A DNA stretch of 63,790 nt, the filler included, from Guillardia theta CCMP2712 (taxonomy: Eukaryota > Protista > Cryptophyta): the NCBI RefSeq assembly GCF_000315625.1. It is 6 parts of 6 records of this genome, joined end to end, with 100 filler letters (N's around TTAATTAATTAA, not from the genome) between each part and the next. Parts side by side here need not be neighbours in the genome. Positions count along the whole stretch, not along the records: positions 1 to 14,140 come from NW_005434532.1; positions 14,241 to 26,153 come from NW_005434627.1; 4 more parts are not named here. The stretch is one strand, 5' to 3'. The notes below the pieces were generated by a model. It worked only from the letters and a program-made list of their open reading frames with translations. It did no database searches and was not told the origin of the DNA. How positions within the stretch are numbered: the stretch's first letter is position 1; each line of letters begins with the position of its first letter. A program made the translations under genes and the position numbers. Of this stretch, positions 12,153-23,691 are shown in pieces.

Positions 12153-14140
12153 AGCAGCAGAGATGACTAGCTTCTCAAGAGACTTTCAGATAGAATTCCA
12201 GCAAGAAAAGCATGCAGGCTTGATTGTGACATATATATTCCTGAATTCAAATGAATAATTGCTCTGTCGCAGAAAATTATTGTTGATGCAAAGCTTGACA
12301 TCTGACTTGCAGCGAAAAGCAGCACACTTGCTGCTCAGATGCAGAGATGTTAAACCAATCTTTATTTGAGAGGACCCTCAACTTTGGTTTAGTAAACTAT
12401 CATTAAGCTCAAATTCAATCTACCATATTGAGTGGAGGAGGTTATCTAACATATGGAAACACACTCTGACAATCTGATTATTACGATCAGAAAATCACAA
12501 GTGTTGCATGAATCAGTATCGTAGACCATAAATTTTATAGGAGAACATCCGCTTCGCACCTGCCTAGAACATTTAAAATGAGGCTACCTACATCTGATTG
12601 ATGGTACAATGCAGCTATGAGGAAAGCTTAACGCATTTGGGAAATTTCCTCAAATTTTTCCTGGCCCAAACTTTCTTCATTGTCACGAGTCTTTCCATAC
12701 CATCTTCGAAGAAGCAACATCCTCTTCATACATTTACATGTGTCCATGCTTCTTCATACGTTTGCATGTGTCCATGTTAACTGTTGCAGGTTCTGACAGA
12801 AATCCTGTGTAAACCTCAGAGTAAACCTCAGAATGTGCTTCATAGGGGTTGAGAAGGTAAATATGACTGGTCATCTGCAGGAAAATCTTCAAGGCTATTC
12901 AAAACTTTCCAAACATGAGGAGGATACGATTTATCCTAGACAAACACATGACGACAACTCCTTGCGTTGTGTTGCTCCCGGCATGTAACATGCCAAAGCC
13001 CCATTGACGGTGAAATTCGCATCCTTGCTTGCCATGCAGTGTTGCTTGTAGAAAGAGAGTGCTTGGGATCGCGAGAGACTCTGCTCAATCATCACAATCT
13101 CATGCTCTGTTGTAGAATGATGCCATTCCAAACATGAATCCTCTTTGGCTGCGGTGGGACGATTTCCACCCACCCCACATAGATTTTGGGGTAAGCAGTA
13201 CCGGTATGTTGTGACATTCTGTACGGGATTGGAAGTTCCTGGTAACAATATGTAAACATCATGTATCTGTTTATAAATATAAAAATAAATAAAACGCAAA
13301 TAATACAAATGTCTAACTGACTCATACAAAAATAGCTATGAGATATTTGAACAAAAACACGCTGTATTAAAAACTAATTCAACGACCCCTCTCAAACAAT
13401 CCAGGTACCACCACCCCCTTATTCAGGGGAAACCACCGGGTCATTAGTCATAACCGGTACTGGGAGATCGAGAACTGAAAAAAAGCCCTTTTCCTTGGTT
13501 TTTCCTGGGCGAAATCCTACAGAACGGTGATCGGACGACCACGCCGTTACGGTCCGATCACCAGCCAGTCACCGTCCGAGGTACGGCACCGGTCCGATCA
13601 GCAGTGCCGTACCGTGCCGGGGCCCGCGCAGCACTCCGAGCGCCTCCAGGCTCACCGTTCAACAGTGTTCAACGGTTGCAAGTTGCCAGCCTCGCTCAGC
13701 TGCTCGGAGCTCTGCCTGGCGTACTCGGAGCACGTTTCAAAAAAAAACCCTAGACAAGCAATGGAATCAGAGTCTTGAAAGAGAAGTAGTATCGCAGCCG
13801 GCATAAACTGAGAGTCGGAACTGGCAGTCACTGGCAAGTTCCCTGGAAACGTCGCTAACTGTGAGCGAGGACCGTACTGCCCGGAGTTAGTACTCGCCAC
13901 ACCTGAACCAACCGCTGCGAGTCGCCGACTCAGCCTGTGGCACTGAGTCTCCACTGCTGAGGGCGGCTGCCCGGCCCTGGCTCGGCCGCGGCTGAGACTC
14001 TGTCAGGCCGGACTTCGGACGGGACTGGAGTCCGATCAGTTGGGCTAGGACGGGGACGAGGGTGTCATGGAAGCTCCAGGGGTTCGGGACTTGTAGGATC
14101 TGGGAAAGTTGGGAGGGGAGGGAGGGGAGGGAGGGGAGGG

Positions 14141-14240
14141 NNNNNNNNNNNNNNNNNNNNNNNNNNNNNNNNNNNNNNNNNNNNTTAATTAATTAANNNN
14201 NNNNNNNNNNNNNNNNNNNNNNNNNNNNNNNNNNNNNNNN
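14141..14240. other. Artificial contig linker (also at 26154, 42959, 56242, 61933)
   Basis: Identical 100-bp N-TTAATTAATTAA-N spacers. Confidence 0.98.
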
Positions 14241-14285
14241 AAGAGGGGGTGGTGCCCGTGTGCTTCCAGCGGCAGTCAGCCCTGG

Positions 14286-14851
14286 TTCAAATACAAAAGT
14301 TCACTGGCTGATAACGTGTTGTGTGCTTGAAATCTTCATCAAGTGAAGATAGATGCACTTGTCAGAGATCAAATGACAACATAGCAATTGATGTAAAGTA
14401 CATGGAAGCTCTCCGATATCCTTGAGTTTTGCGTAAGACGCGTTGCACAACCGTGAATTTGCTCAGCCTGTTTATTCAAATTTGCATTGTACATAAACAG
14501 ATCAAAACTTGATATGCATACTGTGAGACGAGGAACATGATCTACCACACTACAAGCTTTCAAGGTTGTTGACTGCGCGGGAAGAGAGGGAGGATGGAAG
14601 GCAGGGGCGAGCAGAGTCACGGCAGGCGTGAGCATGATGGAAGGGAACGGGGAAGGAAGGGCTTCAAATGGGTACCGGGAGATCGCAACGGTTGGGACCC
14701 TATGCTAAGCCAATCGTTGAGGTCGTTCATATTCTTAGCCACTAATTGCTAAGCACATGGCTGTAGGATGTGCTTAGCCCATTTATTAACTAAAGCATTT
14801 GTACCGAGAGGCTAAGGTCAAGGTCAAGGTTAGGTCAGCCCATAAGCCCCC
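14286..14851. mobile_element. Right-hand portion of the TIR element, with TIR at 14814-14851
   Basis: Matches 19752-20321; ends ...GGTCAGCCCATAAGCCCCC followed by TA. Confidence 0.7.
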
Positions 14852-16465
14852 TATTGAGGCGGGTTTGTAGGCTTTATCCTCGTCCTCCTTTGTTTGCTCC
14901 GGTTTACCCTTCTTTTTCAGTCAATAAAAAGTTTTGATCTACTCCACTGGTACAAAAGAATACTACCACGTGGTACCCATTGCTTGATAACAAGAGTTTT
15001 ACGTCATGCCGTCGCTTGCGTGGTTGAGTAGCGGATTCCGCTGCCTTCTCCGTTTCCGAGTATTCGACGATGAGGCGGGCTTGTGGGGTCTATAGAGAGC
15101 ATCCCTCATCACAAGAAGCATGTCATCCTGCATCAGTCATCACTGGCAGCAGGCAACGTCCCGGCATACACACATCCTAGGCATCGCTCTTACCGAAACG
15201 TTTTCAGAACAGATGACGTTTCCCAGTTACGGTCATCTTCTCGAAGCAGCCACACTTGACGAATGATCCGGTCTTGCTTGTTTGCATCGGCGTGTATCAT
15301 GTCCCATGGTGCAAGCGCAAGCAGCTCTTCCATCACGTCTGTGCGTCTGTGGTGGCCCAGGCAGGCGAGGTAAACCATTGCGGCAGATGCGACAAACCAG
15401 CACCGGAGAAGGAGAGCAGACCTTTGAAGCGCCGCCGTAAATGTGGCGTCATGCCCAATCAATCTTGGACATACTCAAAGATCCAGGCAGGAGATCGTTG
15501 GAGGGTGATCAGTACAGGGAAGCTTTCCATGATCTGGCGTCCAAGCGGGTCAATATCAGCACCCAAAGAAATGACGCATATCGTCTCCCTGCCATGCTTG
15601 ACTTGCCCAAATCCTCCAAGGCTTACGAGGTGGGCGCCCTATCCGCCGCAGGCGGCTCCTATCTAAGTGTCATTGCCTTACTTTGCTCTTGAGGCAGCCT
15701 GTACCGAAGTGAACCTGTATTAGCACATGGAGCACTACAAGGCTGTGGAGATTGACAAGTATGAGGCGACAAAGGATTGATATCGATGCGGAAGAATGAG
15801 AGAAAGAGAGTCGAAGAGAAACGGCGGGGCTTTGAAAGCAGTGGCAACTGAGGTAGGAGGTTTGGAAAGGTGTGGAGATATGCACCAGATGTTGAAGAGC
15901 TCGGATATTATCTCGCCGCATGTAAATGTTGAATTGAACATCCTGCTAGGCTTCAGAGAAGTCCCGAATAGACCGGAGCATCTCGCTGTGTAGGGGAACC
16001 ACCATGTGCGAAGTTGATTCATAGAGTAATCAGTGACGTGAGATGAAAGCAGGAGGTCACGGCAGCAACTCACACCATCATCGCAAAACAAACTTCCATC
16101 TGCGAGTTGCTAGCACGGTTCGTCAGTGGAAAAGTCTATTGGATAGCGTCGAGTCATCGCACTGCGGAAGGCGCTGTCAGGCTCAGTAGGCTCGTAGGAG
16201 ATAGAGTCATGATGGCCACGTGTGTCGTTTATCTATTCTAGCAAGCTTCTACGGCATCGCGACGAAGGTCCTCATCTCAAACGCAAAGATTGCTGGGCTC
16301 TGGCAACTTTGTATATTTCGAAATGATCGCCCACAGGAATCCTGACGATTCTAAAGTCTTGGATGCACAACCTTGCAAGGCGACTCTCTACGTGCAAAAA
16401 CTTCTCTTCTTCTGTCGCGTCCTCCCAGGTTCCAACTACTCCCTTGGCGCTGCTCTTGCGATTGA

Positions 16466-18889
16466 CTACGTACGTGGCGGAGTGACAGTCATCCGCATCG
16501 CATCCTCCTTCGAAAGCATCATGATATACTGAGTGACTCCCCTGATTTGACTCTCCTGCTCCTGGCTTGCCTTCACTCCCTGAGATGTGAAGCCTTGATC
16601 TCGTCCCCAGCAGGGCATTTCCTCATGCCCTGAAGGTACAACGAACACAAATAATTGCCTCTCAAACTTGTTCTTGGCTCGCAGAGCGTTCAAGATGTTG
16701 AGTAATGAGTCCACTTTGATAGGATGTTTCCCCGCCCGTGTCATCTGGAACATGTAGAGAACCCCGCTAGCAGACAATAACATCGCATCCATGCAAGGAA
16801 AGTTCGATGCCTTTGGCTTACAGTATGCATCCGGCATGATCACCCACTCCTCCAAGTCTCCGATTGATGACGCAAATTCAATGTACGGTTGCGATTCCTT
16901 CAACTTCAGCTTTTCTGACCCGTTTCCATCGCCCGTATCCTTATCCAGCCTTTGCAGATGGTACATTCCTCCTCCCTTCAGCACCTCATGCGCAACGTGT
17001 TCAAAAGCTACACCTGCAGCTGACTGATAGCCATAAGTAGGACTCGAAAAAGCAAAGTCGACAACATGATCCCAATCCCTTTTCACAAGGGTCTCAAATA
17101 TCATCTTCTCGGCCTTCGTCGAGCATATTCGAGCGGTAAAGGATCTGAAGTCAGTGCTGGGGGAAAGGTGAATCAGTTTCGATGGCATTCCAAGGTCGTC
17201 ATTCACTGCTGCATCCATCTTGTTCTTGAGTGATGTCACTGAATCTATTCCTCCAACAGCCTGCCCAAGTGTCTCTAAAGGTTTCACGACGATGTTTCTC
17301 GGCACATTGCCCCAATCCTCTACGATCTTCTGTACTTCGTCAGGGTCCATACCACGCTCCGATTGCATCTTGATGAAGAGTGACATCTCCTCGTCTGACC
17401 ACAACGGCAAGAAATATCTCTTCGCCGATCCAGCATTCACAATGGCCTTGAACATCCCATACTTCGGTGAAGAGATTATGATTGTCTTCGCGGTTCGTGA
17501 TATCGAATAGTTCCCCTGCTTTTTCAACAGATCACAGATATACCAGTGCCTAAACGTTTGAAGAAAGCGTTGCGCTACGGATCCATCCATGAGCAGGCTC
17601 CATGCTTCTCCATCAAAGTACCAATATTCACTCCCTATCTGATACACTACTTCCTCACCAGGCCGGAGGAGCTGAAGAAGTAAGAAGTATGCGAAGCAGG
17701 ACTTCCCGATCCCTGGAGTACCTGTGAGGATTACTTGATGGCATCCTTGAGTGGTGTCCTTGCCCTTTAGCGTCTCTGGGTCCAACTTGAAATCATTGGC
17801 AATCAACTCCCTCATCTTCAAGTAGCACGCTCGTATGAAGAGCTTGTTTCCAAGTGTCTCATAGCCTCCCAAGCATGTGGAGAAGCTGACGTATTCATTA
17901 GCCACCAAGCCCTTTCCTGCGCGTGCGGTAGTCCAGAGCTCTTTCAAGAAACTTAGCATGCCAACTAGCATCAGTCCTCTTAGTACCCATGATAGCCACA
18001 TTCAATTCTGTTTCACCTTCAGGTCTTGACAAGCTGTCTCGAAGTTGCACAGGACGTGGAATAAGCCCCTCAAGCCGCTTCTTGTCCTCTACAAGCCGCG
18101 TCTTGTCCTCTACAAGCAGCTGCTGGTACTCTACAAGCTGCGTCTTGTCCTTTACAAGCTGCGTCTTGTCCTCTACAAGCTGCGTCTCCCTTTTTATAAG
18201 CTGCTTGAGGATCTCCTCCTGCGTTGGGTCATTTTGACCTTGCATCCTTTTCAACAGATCTGTAATCTCTTTTTGTACATCTTTGATCTCTCCTTGTACA
18301 CCCTCGATCTTTCCTTGTACACCTTCGATCTTTCCTTGTACATCTTTGATCTCTCCTTGTACACCTTCGATCTTTCCTTGTACATCTTTGATCTCTCCTT
18401 GTACACCTTCGATCTTTCCTTGTACATCTCCGATCTTTCCTTGTACATCTCCGATCTTTCCTTGTACATCTCCGATCCCTCCTTGTACATCTTTGATCTC
18501 TCCTTGTACATCTCGGATCTCTTCATTCCGCCTCTCTTGTTGTTCTCCCTCCATTTCTGATTGCACTCCCTCCATCCCTGTGTGTACACCCTCCATTTCA
18601 TTCATCCATGGAGACCTCTGAGTCCTAGAGTCCTGAGCTTCAGCAGAGATGCCGGAATTGAGGATCTCCTCAGAACCCGTCTTGGAACGAGGGGTTGAAG
18701 CTTGCTTCACATCTTGTCTCTTCTTTTCAGGCCCTGGGAGGCAGCGCGCAAGGTCAGCTTCCCATATAGAAATTGAGCCTCGCACTCAGCCATCGCAGCA
18801 CGGGGGGGATCGACACTGGTACAAAATCGATAGGTCTCACCTTGGTTGTCGCGGTCTTGAGAGAGTTCGTTCGCCCTGGGCGTCTTCAT
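16466..18889 (-). CDS. Crinkler/RHS-type (CR) protein: heptad coiled coil, P-loop NTPase, C-terminal restriction-endonuclease-fold domain
   Basis: Walker A 'ILTGTPGIGKS', 'WYICD', 'YFLPLWS', 'WGNVPR', 'GVAFE', 'PKASNFPCMDAM', 'FQMTRAGKHPIK' are CR NTPase-REase motifs. A 52-nt GTGAAA...CTGATGCTAG intron (17965-18016) joins the coiled-coil ORF in frame. Start at 18889 is tentative. Confidence 0.85.
18073..18520 (-). repeat. 21-bp coding heptad repeats (DVQGKIE and LVEDKTQ types)
   Basis: Directly visible in DNA and translation. Confidence 0.9.
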
Positions 18890-19201
18890 ACTTCCCTCCC
18901 GTGGACACAACTAACGCAATGTGAGATGCCCCTACATCACAGTATCAGACCCAAACATGCGTTCGAGGATATCATCATGGGCAAACAACATACTTGCGAT
19001 CGTCAGCTACGATGCACGGCAAGGGCGGCAGCCTCCTGTCACTCTGGCCTTTCAAGGACACGTATCCTCTTTTTCATAATGTAGCTAGTGGGGTACTTTT
19101 GGGGTAGGAGGACCCGGTCCAAGCGGGTACTTCATGGATTGTAGGGGCAATACATCTCTTATTTTAGAGAGTGCAACTAAAGTTTTCCTAGTATTTTATT
19201 A

Positions 19202-20321
19202 GGGGGCTTATGGGTTGACCTAACCTTGACCTTGACCTTCGTGCTGATTTGAATCCGACGTCCGTTTTAGGAGAAATGCTGTCATGAACGGATGCAAGAT
19301 AGCTTGAAAGCAGGGTAGAAAGAACCTAAAAATTGACTGATATTTAGTACTTTGACCTTCAGTTTTAGAGTTTTAAGTTTTGTTTTTATCTCTTTCTTGG
19401 AACTGTTCGACATATCGTGAATGGCAATTGCGCTGCATGCGATGTCGGCAAAGCACCAAGATGTCCATGATGGTTGTGTTTCCTCATTTGTTAGCGGCAT
19501 GAATACTGACTAAGGATGGAGAGCATGCAGTAAGGGATCTTTCCTTCCAGGTTCCATGATGCCTTGGATACAGATAGCACTGTACAGATGGTTCAAGCAT
19601 GACAAGCACAGGCATTCGACTTTCAAACAGATAGCCTAGAGGCTTGCACCAGCCAAGCATTGCTTGATTCATGCCAAGTTTGTCTCCAATTTAGCTTCAT
19701 CTGCAGGACATCCCATCTTTGAAGGCACATCTTCAATCACTTTTCACCTCATTCAAATACAAAAGTTCACTGGCTGATAACGTGTTGTGTGCTTGAAATC
19801 TTCATCAAGTGAAGATAGATGCACTTGTCAGAGATCAAATGACAACATAGCAATTGATGTAAAGTACATGGAAGCTCTCCGATATCCTTGAGTTTTGCGT
19901 AAGACGCGTTGCACAACCGTGAATTTGCTCAGCCTGTTTATTCAAATTTGCATTGTACATAAACAGATCAAAACTTGATATGCATACTGTGAGACGAGGA
20001 ACATGATCTACCACACTACAAGCTTTCAAGGTTGTTGACTGCGCGGGAAGAGAGGGAGGATGGAAGGCAGGGGCGAGCAGAGTCACGGCAGGCGTGAGCA
20101 TGATGGAAGGGAACGGGGAAGGAAGGGCTTCAAATGGGTACCGGGAGATCGCAACGGTTGGGACCCTATGCTAAGCCAATCGTTGAGGTCGTTCATATTC
20201 TTAGCCACTAATTGCTAAGCACATGGCTGACCTTAGGATGTGCTTAGCCCATTTATTAACTAAAGCATTTGTACCGAGAGGCTAAGGTCAAGGTCAAGGT
20301 TAGGTCAGCCCATAAGCCCCC
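19202..20321. mobile_element. ~1.12-kb non-autonomous TIR element (MITE-like); 38-bp TIRs GGGGGCTTATGGGYTGACCTAACCTTGACCTTGACCTT, flanked by TA
   Basis: 19200-19239 is the 39/40 reverse complement of 20284-20323; TA on both sides (TATTA / TATTG); no transposase ORF inside. Confidence 0.75.
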
Positions 20322-21935
20322 TATTGAGGCGGGTTTGTAGGCTTTATCCTCGTCCTCCTTTGTTTGCTCCGGTTTACCCTTCTTTTTCAGTCAATAAAAA
20401 GTTTTGATCTACTCCACTGGTACAAAAGAATACTACCACGTGGTACCCATTGCTTGATAACAAGAGTTTTACGTCATGCCGTCGCTTGCGTGGTTGAGTA
20501 GCGGATTCCGCTGCCTTCTCCGTTTCCGAGTATTCGACGATGAGGCGGGCTTGTGGGGTCTATAGAGAGCATCCCTCATCACAAGAAGCATGTCATCCTG
20601 CATCAGTCATCACTGGCAGCAGGCAACGTCCCGGCATACACACATCCTAGGCATCGCTCTTACCGAAACGTTTTCAGAACAGATGACGTTTCCCAGTTAC
20701 GGTCATCTTCTCGAAGCAGCCACACTTGACGAATGATCCGGTCTTGCTTGTTTGCATCGGCGTGTATCATGTCCCATGGTGCAAGCGCAAGCAGCTCTTC
20801 CATCACGTCTGTGCGTCTGTGGTGGCCCAGGCAGGCGAGGTAAACCATTGCGGCAGATGCGACAAACCAGCACCGGAGAAGGAGAGCAGACCTTTGAAGC
20901 GCCGCCGTAAATGTGGCGTCATGCCCAATCAATCTTGGACATACTCAAAGATCCAGGCAGGAGATCGTTGGAGGGTGATCAGTACAGGGAAGCTTTCCAT
21001 GATCTGGCGTCCAAGCGGGTCAATATCAGCACCCAAAGAAATGACGCATATCGTCTCCCTGCCATGCTTGACTTGCCCAAATCCTCCAAGGCTTACGAGG
21101 TGGGCGCCCTATCCGCCGCAGGCGGCTCCTATCTAAGTGTCATTGCCTTACTTTGCTCTTGAGGCAGCCTGTACCGAAGTGAACCTGTATTAGCACATGG
21201 AGCACTACAAGGCTGTGGAGATTGACAAGTATGAGGCGACAAAGGATTGATATCGATGCGGAAGAATGAGAGAAAGAGAGTCGAAGAGAAACGGCGGGGC
21301 TTTGAAAGCAGTGGCAACTGAGGTAGGAGGTTTGGAAAGGTGTGGAGATATGCACCAGATGTTGAAGAGCTCGGATATTATCTCGCCGCATGTAAATGTT
21401 GAATTGAACATCCTGCTAGGCTTCAGAGAAGTCCCGAATAGACCGGAGCATCTCGCTGTGTAGGGGAACCACCATGTGCGAAGTTGATTCATAGAGTAAT
21501 CAGTGACGTGAGATGAAAGCAGGAGGTCACGGCAGCAACTCACACCATCATCGCAAAACAAACTTCCATCTGCGAGTTGCTAGCACGGTTCGTCAGTGGA
21601 AGAGTCTATTGGATAGCGTCGAGTCATCGCACTGCGGAAGGCGCTGTCAGGCTCAGTAGGCTCGTAGGAGATAGAGTCATGATGGCCACGTGTGTCGTTT
21701 ATCTATTCTAGCAAGCTTCTACAGCATCGCGACGAAGGTCCTCATCTCAAACGCAAAGATTGCTGGGCTCTGGCAACTTTGTATATTTCGAAATGATCGC
21801 CCACAGGAATCCTGACGATTCTAAAGTCTTGGATGCACAACCTTGCAAGGCGACTCTCTACGTGCAAAAACTTCTCTTCTTCTGTCGCGTCCTCCCAGGT
21901 TCCAACTACTCCCTTGGCGCTGCTCTTGCGATTGA

Positions 21936-23662
21936 CTACGTACGTGGCGGAGTGACAGTCATCCATCCCTTTGGCCTCCGCATCGCATCCTCCTTCGAAA
22001 GCATCATGATATACTGAGTGACTCCCCTGATTTGACTCTCCTGCTCCTGGCTTGCCTTCACTCCCTGAGATGTGAAGCCTTGATCTCGTCCCCAGCAGGG
22101 CATTTCCTCATGCCCTGAAGGTACAACGAACACAAATAATTGCCTCTCAAACTTGTTCTTGGCTCGCAGAGCGTTCAAGATGTTGAGTAATGAGTCCACT
22201 TTGATAGGATGTTTCCCCGCCCGTGTCATCTGGAACATGTAGAGAACCCCGCTAGCAGACAATAACATCGCATCCATGCAAGGAAAGTTCGATGCCTTTG
22301 GCTTACAGTATGCATCCGGCATGATCACCCACTCCTCCAAGTCTCCGATTGATGACGCAAATTCAATGTACGGTTGCGATTCCTTCAACTTCAGCTTTTC
22401 TGACCCATGGACATCTTGGTGCTTTATCCAGCCTTTGCAGATGGTACATTCCTCCTCCCTTCAGCACCTCATGCGCAACGTGTTCAAAAGCTACACCTGC
22501 AGCTGACTAACTGAAGGTCAAAGTACTAAGATGATGTTAGGGTTTAGGGTTTAGGGTTTAGGGTTTAGGAGGTTCCTTATTTCCTGGCAGGTTCCTTCGT
22601 CGAGCATATTCGAGCGGTAAAGGATCTGAAGTCAGTGCTGGGGGAAAGGTGAATCAGTTTCGATGGCATTCCAAGGTCGTCATTCACTGCTGCATCCATC
22701 TTGTTCTTGAGTGATATCACTGAATCTATTCCTCCAACAGCCTGCCCAAGTGTCTCTAAAGGTTTCACGACGATGTTTCTCGGCACATTGCCCCAATCCT
22801 CTACGATCTTCTGTACTTCGTCAGGGTCCATACCACGCTCCGATTGCATCTTGATGAAGAGTGACATCTCCTCGTCTGACCACAACGGCAAGAAATATCT
22901 CTTCGCCGATCCAGCATTCACAATGGCCTTGAACATCCCATACTTCGGTGAAGAGATTATGATTGTCTTCGCGGTTCGTGATATCGAATAGTTCCCCTGC
23001 TTTTTCAACAGATCACAGATATACCAGTGCCTAAACGTTTGAAGAAAGCGTTGCGCTACGGATCCATCCATGAGCAGGCTCCATGCTTCTCCATCAAAGT
23101 ACCAATATTCACTCCCTATCTGATACACTACTTCCTCACCAGGCCGGAGGAGCTGAAGAAGTAAGAAGTATGCGAAGCAGGACTTCCCGATCCCTGGAGT
23201 ACCTGTGAGGATTACTTGATGGCATCCTTGAGTGGAGTCCTTGCCCTTTAGCGTCTCTGGGTCCAACTTGAAATCATTGGCAATCAACTCCCTCATCTTC
23301 AAGTAGCACGCTCGTATGAAGAGCTTGTTTCCAAGTGTCTCATAGCCTCCCAAGCATGTGGAGAAGCTGACGTATTCATTAGCCACCAAGCCCTTTCCTG
23401 CGCGTGCGGTAGTCCAGAGCTCTTTCAAGAAACTTAGCATGCCAACTAGCATCAGTCCTCTTAGTACCCATGATAGCCACATTCAATTCTGTTTCACCTT
23501 CAGGTCTTGACAAGCTGTCTCGAAGTTGCACAGGACGTGGAATAAGCCCCTCAAGCCGCTTCTTGTCCTCTACAAGCCGCTTCTCCCTGTCTACAAGCAG
23601 CTGCTGGTACTCTACAAGCTGCGTCTTGTCCTTTACAAGCTGCGTCTTGTCCTTTACAAGCT
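21936..23662 (-). pseudogene. Disrupted second copy of the CR gene
   Basis: 5' part lost at the telomeric tract 23663; ~87 bp replaced by filler and telomere repeats at 22509-22593; frameshifting replacement at 22407-22423; 15-bp insertion near 21965. Confidence 0.9.
22537..22569 (+). repeat. Interstitial telomeric tract (TTTAGGG) x ~4.7
   Basis: Directly visible. Confidence 0.95.
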
Positions 23663-23691
23663 GGTTTAGGGTTTAGGGTTTAGGGTTTAGG
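23663..23691 (+). repeat. Interstitial telomeric tract (TTTAGGG) x ~4
   Basis: Directly visible, at the truncation point of CR copy 2. Confidence 0.95.

Larger units (their letters stand above)
14286..23662. repeat. Near-identical tandem duplication with ~5.47-kb period (14286.. and 19752..23662, second copy truncated)
   Basis: Identical ORF sets offset by 5466-5481 bp; only a few substitutions and indels. Confidence 0.97.

Noticed and set aside
14141-14240. TTAATTAATTAA palindrome as a biological site
   Set aside because: Identical artificial linker in all five gaps
17898-18016. Programmed frameshift between the coiled-coil and NTPase ORFs
   Set aside because: A canonical 52-nt intron joins them in frame
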